Assembly (NCBI GenBank): GCA_964291625.2
Contig: OZ220089.1
Span: 960,001 to 1,024,000 of the forward strand
Length of the DNA: 64,000 bases
Direction of reading: 5' to 3'
Source: Candidatus Latescibacterota bacterium
GTDB lineage: Bacteria > Latescibacterota > UBA2968 > UBA8231
Position 1 is the stretch's first letter, and each line of letters begins with the position of its first letter. The notes under the pieces are model-generated. The model did not search any database and was not told the DNA's origin. It saw nothing but the letters and a program-made list of their open reading frames with translations. The position numbers and the translations under genes were made by a program. Of this stretch, positions 1-8,227 are shown in pieces.

Positions 1-1017
1 AGTTGTTCCCCGTGTTGCTCTCGCCGCTGACGCTCTCCACACACGCCCCGTAGTGATACGTCCCCGCGCTCGAGGGTGCCCGAAGGCGGATCGACTCGGA
101 GCTGGTCCGGCCGGCCGTCAGGCCGAACACGTAGTCGGTGCCGACCTCGGTGTCGCTCGTGCCGATCGTCGCGTCCGTGGACAGGTAGTAGCGCAGCGTC
201 GTCGAGGCCGAGCGGCCGCTGCCCTGGTTGCGCACCGTCGCCCGCAACGTGAAGGAGGCCCCGGCCGTCGGGCTGCTCCCGCTCACCGTCGGGGATTCGA
301 CGATCAGGTCCGGCGCCGGGGCCGCGCCCACCGTCACCGTCACCGCGCTCGAGCAGTTGTTCCCCGTATTGCTCTCGCCGCTGACGCTCTCCACGCATGC
401 CCCGTAGTAGTAGGTCCCCGCGCTCGAGGGTGCCCGAAGGCTGATCGACTCGGAGCTGGTGCGGGAGGCGAACAAGGTGCTCACGTAGTCGGTGCCGACT
501 TCCGTGTCGCCGGTGGTGATCGTCGCGTCCGTGGACAGGTAGTAGCGCAGCGTCGTCGAGGCCGCGCGGTCGTTCCCCTGGTTGCGCACCGTCGCCCGCA
601 GCGTGAAGGAGGCCCCGGCCGTCGGGCTGCTGCTCACCGTCGGCGCCTCCACGATCAGATCCGGCGCCGGGCCCGCGCCGACCGTCACCGTCACCGCACT
701 CGAGCAGTTGTTCCCCGTGTTGCTCTCGCCGCTGACGCTCTCCACGCACGCCCCGTAGTAGTACGTCCCCGCGCTCGACGGAGCGCGGAGGCTGATCGAC
801 TCGGAGCTGGTCCGGCCGGCCGACAGGCCGAACACGTAGTCGGTGCCGACCTCGGTGTCGCTCGTGCCGATCGTCGCGTCCGTGGACAGGTAGTAGCGCA
901 GCGTCGTCGAGGCCGCGCGGTCGTTCCCCTGGTTGCGCACCGTCGCCCGCAGCGTGAAGGAGGCCCCGGCCGTCGGGCTGCTGCTGCTCACCGTCGGAGC
1001 TTCGACGATCAGGTCCG
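1..1017. repeat. About 3 tandem intragenic repeats of ~351-354 bp (CARDB-like domains)
   Basis: The block agttgttccccgt(g/a)ttgctctcgccgctgacgctctccac recurs at 1, 355 and 706, with near-identical flanks. Confidence 0.9.
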
Positions 1018-2827
1018 GGGCCGGACTGGTGCCCCCGCCTCCCCCAGTGCCGGTACTCGAGGTCCCCCCAACGGCGACACCGGATGGATCGATCAGTCCG
1101 TTGGCCCCGGTGAGCAGGTCTTCCACGCCGGAGCCGTTGAGGTTGGCCCGCTGCACCTTGTTCGTACCCTCGTCGGCCCAGTACATCTTGCCGCCGGAAA
1201 GGTCGAGGGCCAGCCCGTTGGGACTGTCCAGGCCGCTGCTGACAAGATTCTCGACATTGCTGCCGCTCAGGTTCGACCGCTGAATCTTGTCCGTCCCCCG
1301 GTCGGTCCAGTACATCTTGCCACCGGACACGTCCAGCGCCAGACCGGTGGGACTGCTCAACCCGCTGGTGACGAGATCCTCCACATTCGAGCCGCTCAAG
1401 TTCGATCGCTGGATCTTCCCCGCCCCCGAGTTCGTCCAGTACATCTTGCCGCCGGACACGTCGAGGGCCAGGGCCCCGGGAAAGGTCAATCCGCTGGTAA
1501 CCAGATCCTCGACAGCGGAGCCGTTGAGGTTGGCGCGCTGGATCCTGCCCGTCTGCCGGTTGGTCCAGTACATCTTGCCGCCGGACACGTCGAGGGCCAG
1601 CCCGTAGGGGATCCCCAGGCCGGTGACGAGGTCTTCGACACCGGACCCGTCGAGGTTGGCCCGCTGGATCTTGTTGGTGCCCGCATCGGCCCAGTAGATC
1701 TTGCCGCCGGCCAGGTCCAGCGACAGTCCGTCCGGACCATTGAGTCCGGCGCCGGAGACGAGATCTTCGACATTGGAGCCGTCGAGGTCGGACCGCTGGA
1801 TCTTGTCCGTCCCCCAGTCCGACCAGTACAGCTTCGACGCTGGAGGCGGGGGCGGGGGTGGCTGTTGGGTGATGGCGACCCCGATTCCGGCGGGCAGCGT
1901 CGGATCGGAGGGATTCACCGTGTAGGTAGCAATGTGGTAGGCGTCGGTGAGATCGGTCCGGCCGTCCCGGTTGACGTCCCCGAGTGCGATGTCGCCGTTG
2001 TTCGGCATGACGAGGGCGGGATTGGCGCTGTACACGGCCACCAGCAGGGCGTCGAAAATGTCGACCCGTCCGTTGTTGTCGACGTCCCCGAGGATCGCGG
2101 TTGCCGCCGCCTTGGCCCTGGGAGTGCCGCGGGGTTCCACGACGACGATGTCCAGCGGAGCCATGCCGGGCTCCGGACGGAAGGCCGGGTCCACGTAGGT
2201 GACCAGCCCCTCTCTCGAGACAGTCAGTCCATGGACTCTTCCCCCCTCGGGAAACTCCTGGCCCGTGAACGATGGGCCGCCGGGGACCCCAACCGCCGCA
2301 CCCGCCTGCCCGTCGACCAACACCATGCGGCGGGTCAGACGCCTGCCCTCTCCCGTCAGGCGGTAATGGTAGACCCCGGCGGCCACGGCGCGCCCATCTG
2401 CATCGTCGGCCCCCCAGGTCGCCGTGTGGAAGCCGGCCGGACGCTCGCCATCCACCAACGTGGCAACGCGCTGTCCGAGGACGTTGAAGACCTCGAGCCG
2501 CACGAACATCGTCGTCGGTAACTGGTAGGGAATGATCGTGGAAGGATTGAAGGGATTGGGGTAGTTCACCCCCAGCTCGAACCGCTCCGGTGAGGCCCGG
2601 GCCCCGAACGACCCCGACGGCAGCGCGAACCAGCCTCGCTCGTCCGTCGTCGCCGCCGCGGGCGGCGAGCGCAGATCGGCCAGATCGAAGAGCAGCACCT
2701 GCGCCCCCGCGACCGGTGGCCCGGACTCAAGCCGCACCCGGCCCTCGACCACGGGTTCGGCACCCGCCCGGGTCAAGAGGGCTGTCAGCCAGAAGAGCAG
2801 AGAGGAGACGTACCCGCACCGCGCCAT
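2..2827 (-). CDS. Large secreted multidomain protein, 3' end beyond the window edge: signal peptide, FlgD-Ig/T9SS-CTD-like domain, dockerin-like domain, YWTD (LDL-receptor class B) propeller, at least 3 CARDB-like repeats
   Basis: Not in the ORF track because it has no stop in the window. Manual translation from ATG 2827 gives MARCGYVSSLLFWLTALL...NYPNPFNPSTIIPYQL..., LGDVDNNGRVDIFDALLVA/LGDVNRDGRTDLTDAY (dockerin), repeated GKMYWT/KIQRANLDGS (YWTD) and PDLIV...YYGACVESVSGESNTGNNCSSAVTVTV (CARDB). The start and the codons at 4-2 share one frame. Confidence 0.85.
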   Translation of the reverse strand, partial: MARCGYVSSLLFWLTALLTRAGAEPVVEGRVRLESGPPVAGAQVLLFDLADLRSPPAAATTDERGWFALPSGSFGARASPERFELGVNYPNPFNPSTIIPYQLPTTMFVRLEVFNVLGQRVATLVDGERPAGFHTATWGADDADGRAVAAGVYHYRLTGEGRRLTRRMVLVDGQAGAAVGVPGGPSFTGQEFPEGGRVHGLTVSREGLVTYVDPAFRPEPGMAPLDIVVVEPRGTPRAKAAATAILGDVDNNGRVDIFDALLVAVYSANPALVMPNNGDIALGDVNRDGRTDLTDAYHIATYTVNPSDPTLPAGIGVAITQQPPPPPPPASKLYWSDWGTDKIQRSDLDGSNVEDLVSGAGLNGPDGLSLDLAGGKIYWADAGTNKIQRANLDGSGVEDLVTGLGIPYGLALDVSGGKMYWTNRQTGRIQRANLNGSAVEDLVTSGLTFPGALALDVSGGKMYWTNSGAGKIQRSNLSGSNVEDLVTSGLSSPTGLALDVSGGKMYWTDRGTDKIQRSNLSGSNVENLVSSGLDSPNGLALDLSGGKMYWADEGTNKVQRANLNGSGVEDLLTGANGLIDPSGVAVGGTSSTGTGGGGGTSPAPDLIVEAPTVSSSSPTAGASFTLRATVRNQGNDRAASTTLRYYLSTDATIGTSDTEVGTDYVFGLSAGRTSSESISLRAPSSAGTYYYGACVESVSGESNTGNNCSSAVTVTVGAGPAPDLIVEAPTVSSSPTAGASFTLRATVRNQGNDRAASTTLRYYLSTDATITTGDTEVGTDYVSTLFASRTSSESISLRAPSSAGTYYYGACVESVSGESNTGNNCSSAVTVTVGAAPAPDLIVESPTVSGSSPTAGASFTLRATVRNQGSGRSASTTLRYYLSTDATIGTSDTEVGTDYVFGLTAGRTSSESIRLRAPSSAGTYHYGACVESVSGESNTGNN

Positions 2828-2945
2828 GCGAGGTGCCGGTTCCGATCCAAGCACAGGATCACCTTCCCCGATCGACGGCATCGGCAGATTGCCTGAAGGG
2901 CAACTCTCCATTCATCTGTACCTGGGCCGTAGTCCCTGCCTCCGG

Positions 2946-3932
2946 CTATTCCCGGGGGTCCGAGTACAGCGCCACCGCGGCCTTCATCTCCTCCCCGATC
3001 TCCCGGCGCAGATCCTCCGGCGCCAGCACCTCGCACTCCGGCCCCCACGCCCGGATCCAGGACTTGATCTCCAGGACGTGGTTGACCCGGAACGTCAGCG
3101 TGCAGCGCCCTTCCCGGTCTTCCTCGCTGGCCACCACCCCCGGCCAGTCCGATTCGTTCACCCGGTAGACCGCCTTCTTCGAAAACCGCAACTTGACCTC
3201 CACCACCTCGTCCCCGCCCCGGATTCCCCAGGAGTGCCTGAGGTAGTCGTAGGGGTCGAAGTCCGGCAACGGCTCGAAACGGGAATCCAGTACCTCGACC
3301 TCTTCCAACCGCTCGATCTTGAAAGAGCGGATCGCCTTGCGGAAGTGATCGAACCCGAAGACATAGCAGGAGTAGCCCACGAACGACGGCTCGATGAAGA
3401 AGGGGTCGAAGAGGCGCTCCGATCGTTCCCCGGAGATGGGCTCCCGATAGACGAGCTGCACCTGCCGCCGCCCGGCCCAGGCCCGGGTCAGGCCTTCCAG
3501 AACCCTGAGGTAGGCGGGCGCGAGCCGTCTTTGGGAGACGGCCACGGCCGCCTTCTCGACGTGCTCACCGATCGTGTCCGGCAAGGTGGCCGCGAGCTTG
3601 AGGAGGGATGCGACCACGTGCGGGTTGTGCTTGTCGCTGTAGGCCGACAGCATCCGCGCCGCGAGATAGAGGGAGAGGGCCTCGTCGAGGTTGAGCTGGA
3701 CGCGGAGCAGGTCGATGTGCCCGCCTTCCACCAGCCTCCACCGCCGCCCCTCCCGGTACACCGGCAGCCGTCCGTGCTCCGACAGCTCCTTCACGTAGCG
3801 CCGGGCGGTTCGTTGACTCACCCCCAGGAGCCCGGCGATCTCTGCAGTCCCAACCCCTTCCGGCCGCCGCCGGAACAGGATCTTGATCTGTTCGAGTCGA
3901 TCCGTCTTGTGGATCGCGTCCGCAATGAGCAT
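2946..3932 (-). CDS. WYL-domain transcriptional regulator (HTH-WYL-WCX)
   Basis: N-terminal HTH (TAEIAGLLGVSQRTARRY), WYL core (YSCYVFGFDHFRKAIRSFKIERL) and WCX tail (WIRAWGPECEVLAPEDLR). The ATG at 3932 is preceded by GGAGGAGA, so it is preferred over the track start at 4184. Confidence 0.9.
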   Translation of the reverse strand: MLIADAIHKTDRLEQIKILFRRRPEGVGTAEIAGLLGVSQRTARRYVKELSEHGRLPVYREGRRWRLVEGGHIDLLRVQLNLDEALSLYLAARMLSAYSDKHNPHVVASLLKLAATLPDTIGEHVEKAAVAVSQRRLAPAYLRVLEGLTRAWAGRRQVQLVYREPISGERSERLFDPFFIEPSFVGYSCYVFGFDHFRKAIRSFKIERLEEVEVLDSRFEPLPDFDPYDYLRHSWGIRGGDEVVEVKLRFSKKAVYRVNESDWPGVVASEEDREGRCTLTFRVNHVLEIKSWIRAWGPECEVLAPEDLRREIGEEMKAAVALYSDPRE

Positions 3933-3970
3933 TTCTCCTCCTTCCCCGGCGACAAAGATGGGATCCAAGG

Positions 3971-4031
3971 GGACAGGGGGTGTCCGTTGCGCCCCACGGG
4001 CCAAAAAAAACAATGGGGACAGTCTCTGACC
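3971..4031. promoter_or_regulatory. Two palindromic operator-like sites upstream of the WYL gene
   Basis: GGACA-ggggg-TGTCC (3971-3985) and GGACA-gtctc-TGACC (4017-4031), separated by an A8 tract. Confidence 0.55.
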
Positions 4032-4376
4032 GCTTTCTGGATACGGCCGGGCACCGGCCTCACGGAGCGCATCGTACCACATACGACTTTCTCGTATCAG
4101 TGAGCAATGGCCGCGCACGAAGGCGCAGACCAGGGTACCGGCTGGAACCTCAGGCCGAGGGCCCTGCTCCGTGAGCCCCGCCATGCGCGCGTTGAGGTGG
4201 AAGTCGCCAGGGTCAGCAGGAGACCGCCGCCCGCTGGCCGGTCAGAGCATACACCTCCCGCCGCGCCGAACCCGCCATCGCGCAAAAGCGCGGCCCCCGC
4301 GGAAGATGCGTGCCAGCTCGTGGGAGGACCTGCCATGCCGTGCGGGGATCGGGCAAGCCGTCCGACGGCCGGCTGG

Positions 4377-6332
4377 TCAGTACAGCAGTTGCGTCACCGA
4401 CTTCGAGATCAGGGCCACGGCCACCGCTGACATCCCCACCAGCCCCATGCCGCAGGCGTAGCCGGCCAGCAGCACCGGCGCGTAGCGGCGCCAGCGGGCC
4501 GTGCCGAAGCGCTTCTCCAGCCAGTAGCGGGCGAGGAGGGCGCCCACCATCTCCGGGATCAGCAGGTGGGGCAGTCCCGGCAGGCCGCGCACGAACCCGT
4601 AGATCAGCGCAACCGGCAGGCGCAGCAGCGACAGCAGGCCGAAGGTGCCGCCGGCGAAGGCGAAACCGCCGACGATCCACTCGGCCTTGATCGCCTCCTC
4701 GAAGAGGGACTCGCCGCCGAGGGTGGCCGAGTACCACAGGCACTGGCGCAGGGCGATGAGGTGCCACCAGGTCTGGGCGTACTGGAAGGCGGGCGAGGGG
4801 ATCGGCCCCATGCGCCAGATGAGCGACCAGAACAGGAAGCCGCAGACCAGGCTCAGCGGCAGCAGCAGCAGCTCCGCCTTGAGGATGGAGGTGAAGCGCG
4901 TGCCCGTGAGCTCGACCTCGCGGAAGAGCTGGGCCCGCCGCCCGTGGTCGGCGTAGGGGATCGGCACGAACCAGATGTCGACCCCGCGGTAGCCGCTGAG
5001 GATGAAGGCCCCCTCGCGGATCATGGGGAAGCTGATCGGCTGCCCCGTGAGCCCCGCCATGCGGGCGTTGACGTAGGAGATCGCCGGCGTCAGCAGGAAG
5101 CCGAAGAGCAGCAGGAAGGCGAGGGGGAACTCGTCGTCCTCGAGCAGCAGCAGGCAGAGGCCGACCATGGTTAGCGTGGAGAGGACGTAGCCGCCGGCGG
5201 CCAGCCACAGGGGGAAGTCGCCCCGGCCCGGGGGCGCCTGGCCCAGCCGGCCCCGCTCGCCCTGTCCCCGGGATGACCGTCTGAGGGTGACGATGACGTG
5301 TCCGACGCCGATGAGACCGACGGCGACGCCGGCGCCGATGTAGACGCTCATCCACACGTCGACGTCGTTGGAGAAGTTGGTCAGGATCGTGTCCATGCCC
5401 GGGCGCCAGTGGGGCAGGGCCCCGAGGTGGTAGAGGACGGGACTGCCGAGGGAGTGGACCATGGCCGCGGCGAAGGAGCCGACCACGATCCAGAAGGGCA
5501 GGACCGTGCCCACCAGCACCAGGCCCAGGTCGGTGGCCAGGCCGAGGGGCGCCGCCGGCAGGAAGGACTCGGTGGTCCGGGTCAGGTCGATCCAGGGGAT
5601 CGGCAGCAGGGCGATGGGGTCGCTGGCGATGAGCCCGGTCAGGGCCGGCAGCCCGAGGTAGACGGCGCCGAAGAGGAGTCCGATGCCCATGCCCACGGAG
5701 AACACCCGCCAGCGCCAGCCGCCGCGGCCGTCGTCGCCCTCGGCCAGGGCCGTGGCCCCCTGGGCGGCCACCGGGGCCAGGGGGAAGGGCAGGCGCTCGA
5801 CGTCGGAGGTGACCCGGAAGAGGATGTAGCCGAGGGTGAACCACTCGACGCGGGAGAGCACGAGCGAGGCGGCCAGCACCGCCATGGGCGGGATCCACGC
5901 CTTGTGCAGGAAGCTGCGCCCGGTGAGCGCCTCCGAGCCCGGCGGCGGCGAGACCCAGGCCGGCACCTGGTCGGCGATGCCGAAGCCGGCGGCGGCCTGG
6001 GACTGGACCAGGTACTGGTGCCAGACCAGCTGTCCGAAGGGGCCGCCGGCGAGCATGGCGCCGCCCACGGCGCCGGCCAGGCCGCCGGCGATATAGTAGA
6101 TGAGGTAGATCTCCTGGCGCGTCAGCGGCGCGAAGGAGCGCCGCGCCAGCTCCGAGAACAGGATGATCGTCACCCACTCGGCGGCGGCGCCCATGGTGAC
6201 GCCGGCGATGAGGCCCATGTAGATCGCCCCCGGCATCATGATGAAGCCGACGAAGAAGGCGCCGGCCACCGTCCGCAGGGTGAAGCCCTCGGCGTAGCGC
6301 CCGGGCGGCTGCATGCTGGCGGGCTCCGCCAT
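4377..6332 (-). CDS. OPT-like (oligopeptide transporter-related) polytopic membrane protein
   Basis: C-terminal part of ORF 4377..8351. The hydrophobic protein starts at MAEPASMQPPGRYAEGFTLRTVAGAFF (ATG 6332, overlapping the upstream stop). It has many TM segments and an ERLPFPLAPV motif. Confidence 0.75.
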   Translation of the reverse strand: MAEPASMQPPGRYAEGFTLRTVAGAFFVGFIMMPGAIYMGLIAGVTMGAAAEWVTIILFSELARRSFAPLTRQEIYLIYYIAGGLAGAVGGAMLAGGPFGQLVWHQYLVQSQAAAGFGIADQVPAWVSPPPGSEALTGRSFLHKAWIPPMAVLAASLVLSRVEWFTLGYILFRVTSDVERLPFPLAPVAAQGATALAEGDDGRGGWRWRVFSVGMGIGLLFGAVYLGLPALTGLIASDPIALLPIPWIDLTRTTESFLPAAPLGLATDLGLVLVGTVLPFWIVVGSFAAAMVHSLGSPVLYHLGALPHWRPGMDTILTNFSNDVDVWMSVYIGAGVAVGLIGVGHVIVTLRRSSRGQGERGRLGQAPPGRGDFPLWLAAGGYVLSTLTMVGLCLLLLEDDEFPLAFLLLFGFLLTPAISYVNARMAGLTGQPISFPMIREGAFILSGYRGVDIWFVPIPYADHGRRAQLFREVELTGTRFTSILKAELLLLPLSLVCGFLFWSLIWRMGPIPSPAFQYAQTWWHLIALRQCLWYSATLGGESLFEEAIKAEWIVGGFAFAGGTFGLLSLLRLPVALIYGFVRGLPGLPHLLIPEMVGALLARYWLEKRFGTARWRRYAPVLLAGYACGMGLVGMSAVAVALISKSVTQLLY

Positions 6333-8227
6333 CAGATCCGGTACCCCTCCCCCATCTCGCCCTGCCACAGGGCCACCGCCGCCCACAGCAGGCGCATGCA
6401 GACCTCGCCGAAGATCATCCCCAGAAAGAAGGGCAGGACCCGCCGGTAGGTGCGGGCGCCGCCGTAGCGAACGGCCAGCCACTTGCACAGCCAGCCGCAC
6501 AGGACCGACCCCCAGACGAGCCAGCCGAAGCCGGTGCCGAAGACGAAGCCCATGGGGTGCAGGGGCCAGCGCAGGAAGTGCTGGCGCATGAGGGCCAGGA
6601 ACCCGGTGAAGGCGGCGCCGGCGGCGTGGAAGGCCAGCCGCACCCAGTCGGTGGGGCCGGTGACGGTGCCGGCGTCCTTGAAGAGGTAGTTGTAGTAGCG
6701 GCCGATGCGGGCCTCGGCCCGGGCCCCGCCCTGCTCCTGGAGGGCGAAGAGGCCGTGGTCGTAGATCGTCTCCAGGGCGAAGAGGTAGCCGGCCCCCAGC
6801 CCGGCCAGCAGGCCCAGGCCCATGCCCCAGGTCAGGCGCCGCACGGACGCGCCGCTGGTCTCGGCGAGCTTGAGGCCCTCGAGCTGCAGCGCCGGCCACA
6901 GGCCGATCATGGTGAAGCCGAAGACGGCGAGGAAGGCGAAGCCGACGTAGGTGGAGTCGGCGAAGCGCCCGGCGCCGGTGCCGGCGGCCACGAAGAACAG
7001 GTAGCCGGCGAGCATGGGGGTGCCGGTCACCGGCAGGCCGCCGTCGGCGCGCAGGCGCGCGAAGGCGAGGCAGACGAGCAGGATCAGCCCCAGGGCCGCG
7101 GCGCCCAGGAAGGCCGGCACCCCCACGGCCGTGGTCCACCCCCAGAGGAAGACCAGCCCCGCCCCCAGCCCCCAGACCGCCGGGCTGCGCCAGGACCAGG
7201 CCGCGGCCAGGGAGCGGCGCGCCGCCCACAGGCTCATGAGCCCCAGCAGGAGCAGCCCGCCGCGGGCCTGGTTCATGAAGAAGGGGAAGTGGCCCGGCCA
7301 GTCGAGCCACGGCGACCCGTGGCCGGGGATGAACTCGCCCCGGTACTCGGACCGGCCGAGGAAGTGGCCCACCAGCAGCTGGGCGCGGGTCAGCAGGTAG
7401 AAGACCCAGGTGCTGAAGGAGACCTCCACCGGCATGAGGAAGGCGACCCCCACCAGGAGCGGGTCGAAGTCGAACCAGAAGGGCGACTCGAAGGTGGCCA
7501 TCGCCTTCCAGGGATCGTCGAGGAGGAAGTTGGCCAGGTTCACCCCGGCCGGGATCTCGGGCACGTCGGGCGCGTAGTGGTGCAGCCCGTTGACGCCGAG
7601 GAGCACCACCGGCACCAGCATCCCCCACCAGAACGGCCGCCGCCGGAAGAGGCCGCCCTCGATCAGGGCCCGGGGCATCTCCAGCAACGGGAAGCCGAGG
7701 CGCTCGGTCTCCAGCCAGCGGCGGCGCAGCAGCCAGACGAGGCAGAAGCTGGTGAGGAAGAAGGCGCCGAAGAAGGCGGTCCAGGCCGCCAGCGGCAGCA
7801 GCCAGGCCCCCCAGGGCACGGCGGCCCCGCCCTCGAAGGCGCCCACCGCCGGCGCCTCGTTCGGCCCGCCGGGCACCAGCCACCCGGGCACCACCTGGAG
7901 GAAGCGGTGGTACGGCCCGTCGGGGCGGGCGAAGCCGCCGTAGAAGCCGGTCACCAGGGCCGGCAGGAAGCGGTGCATCATCCCCGAGGCGGTGACCGAG
8001 ACGCCGACGGCGAGGCCCGCGTAGAGGACGGCCCGGTCCCCCGGTCCCAGGAGACGCCGGAAGAGGGCCGCCGCGGCCAGCGCCGCCAGGGGCACGGCGA
8101 GGAAGACCTGGCCGCCGGGATTGCTCCCGGCCCCGGCCAGGTAGGGCCCGTTGTAGACCAGCTCGACGCGCTGGGCCAGCCAGGCCGCCCCGGCGGTGAG
8201 GCCGACGATGAGCAGGGCCAGCCTCAT
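6332..8227 (-). CDS. DUF6785/DUF6784-like polytopic membrane protein
   Basis: 631 aa with many TM helices and motifs RRRWLETERLGFPLLEMP and WPLHPMGF...RYGGARTYRRVLPFFLGMIFGE. Start and stop overlap both neighbours. Confidence 0.7.
   Translation of the reverse strand: MRLALLIVGLTAGAAWLAQRVELVYNGPYLAGAGSNPGGQVFLAVPLAALAAAALFRRLLGPGDRAVLYAGLAVGVSVTASGMMHRFLPALVTGFYGGFARPDGPYHRFLQVVPGWLVPGGPNEAPAVGAFEGGAAVPWGAWLLPLAAWTAFFGAFFLTSFCLVWLLRRRWLETERLGFPLLEMPRALIEGGLFRRRPFWWGMLVPVVLLGVNGLHHYAPDVPEIPAGVNLANFLLDDPWKAMATFESPFWFDFDPLLVGVAFLMPVEVSFSTWVFYLLTRAQLLVGHFLGRSEYRGEFIPGHGSPWLDWPGHFPFFMNQARGGLLLLGLMSLWAARRSLAAAWSWRSPAVWGLGAGLVFLWGWTTAVGVPAFLGAAALGLILLVCLAFARLRADGGLPVTGTPMLAGYLFFVAAGTGAGRFADSTYVGFAFLAVFGFTMIGLWPALQLEGLKLAETSGASVRRLTWGMGLGLLAGLGAGYLFALETIYDHGLFALQEQGGARAEARIGRYYNYLFKDAGTVTGPTDWVRLAFHAAGAAFTGFLALMRQHFLRWPLHPMGFVFGTGFGWLVWGSVLCGWLCKWLAVRYGGARTYRRVLPFFLGMIFGEVCMRLLWAAVALWQGEMGEGYRI

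Noticed and set aside
53-2521. 822-aa plus-strand ORF
   Set aside because: Antisense shadow of the minus-strand CARDB/YWTD gene, with Arg/Gly-rich composition and no motifs.
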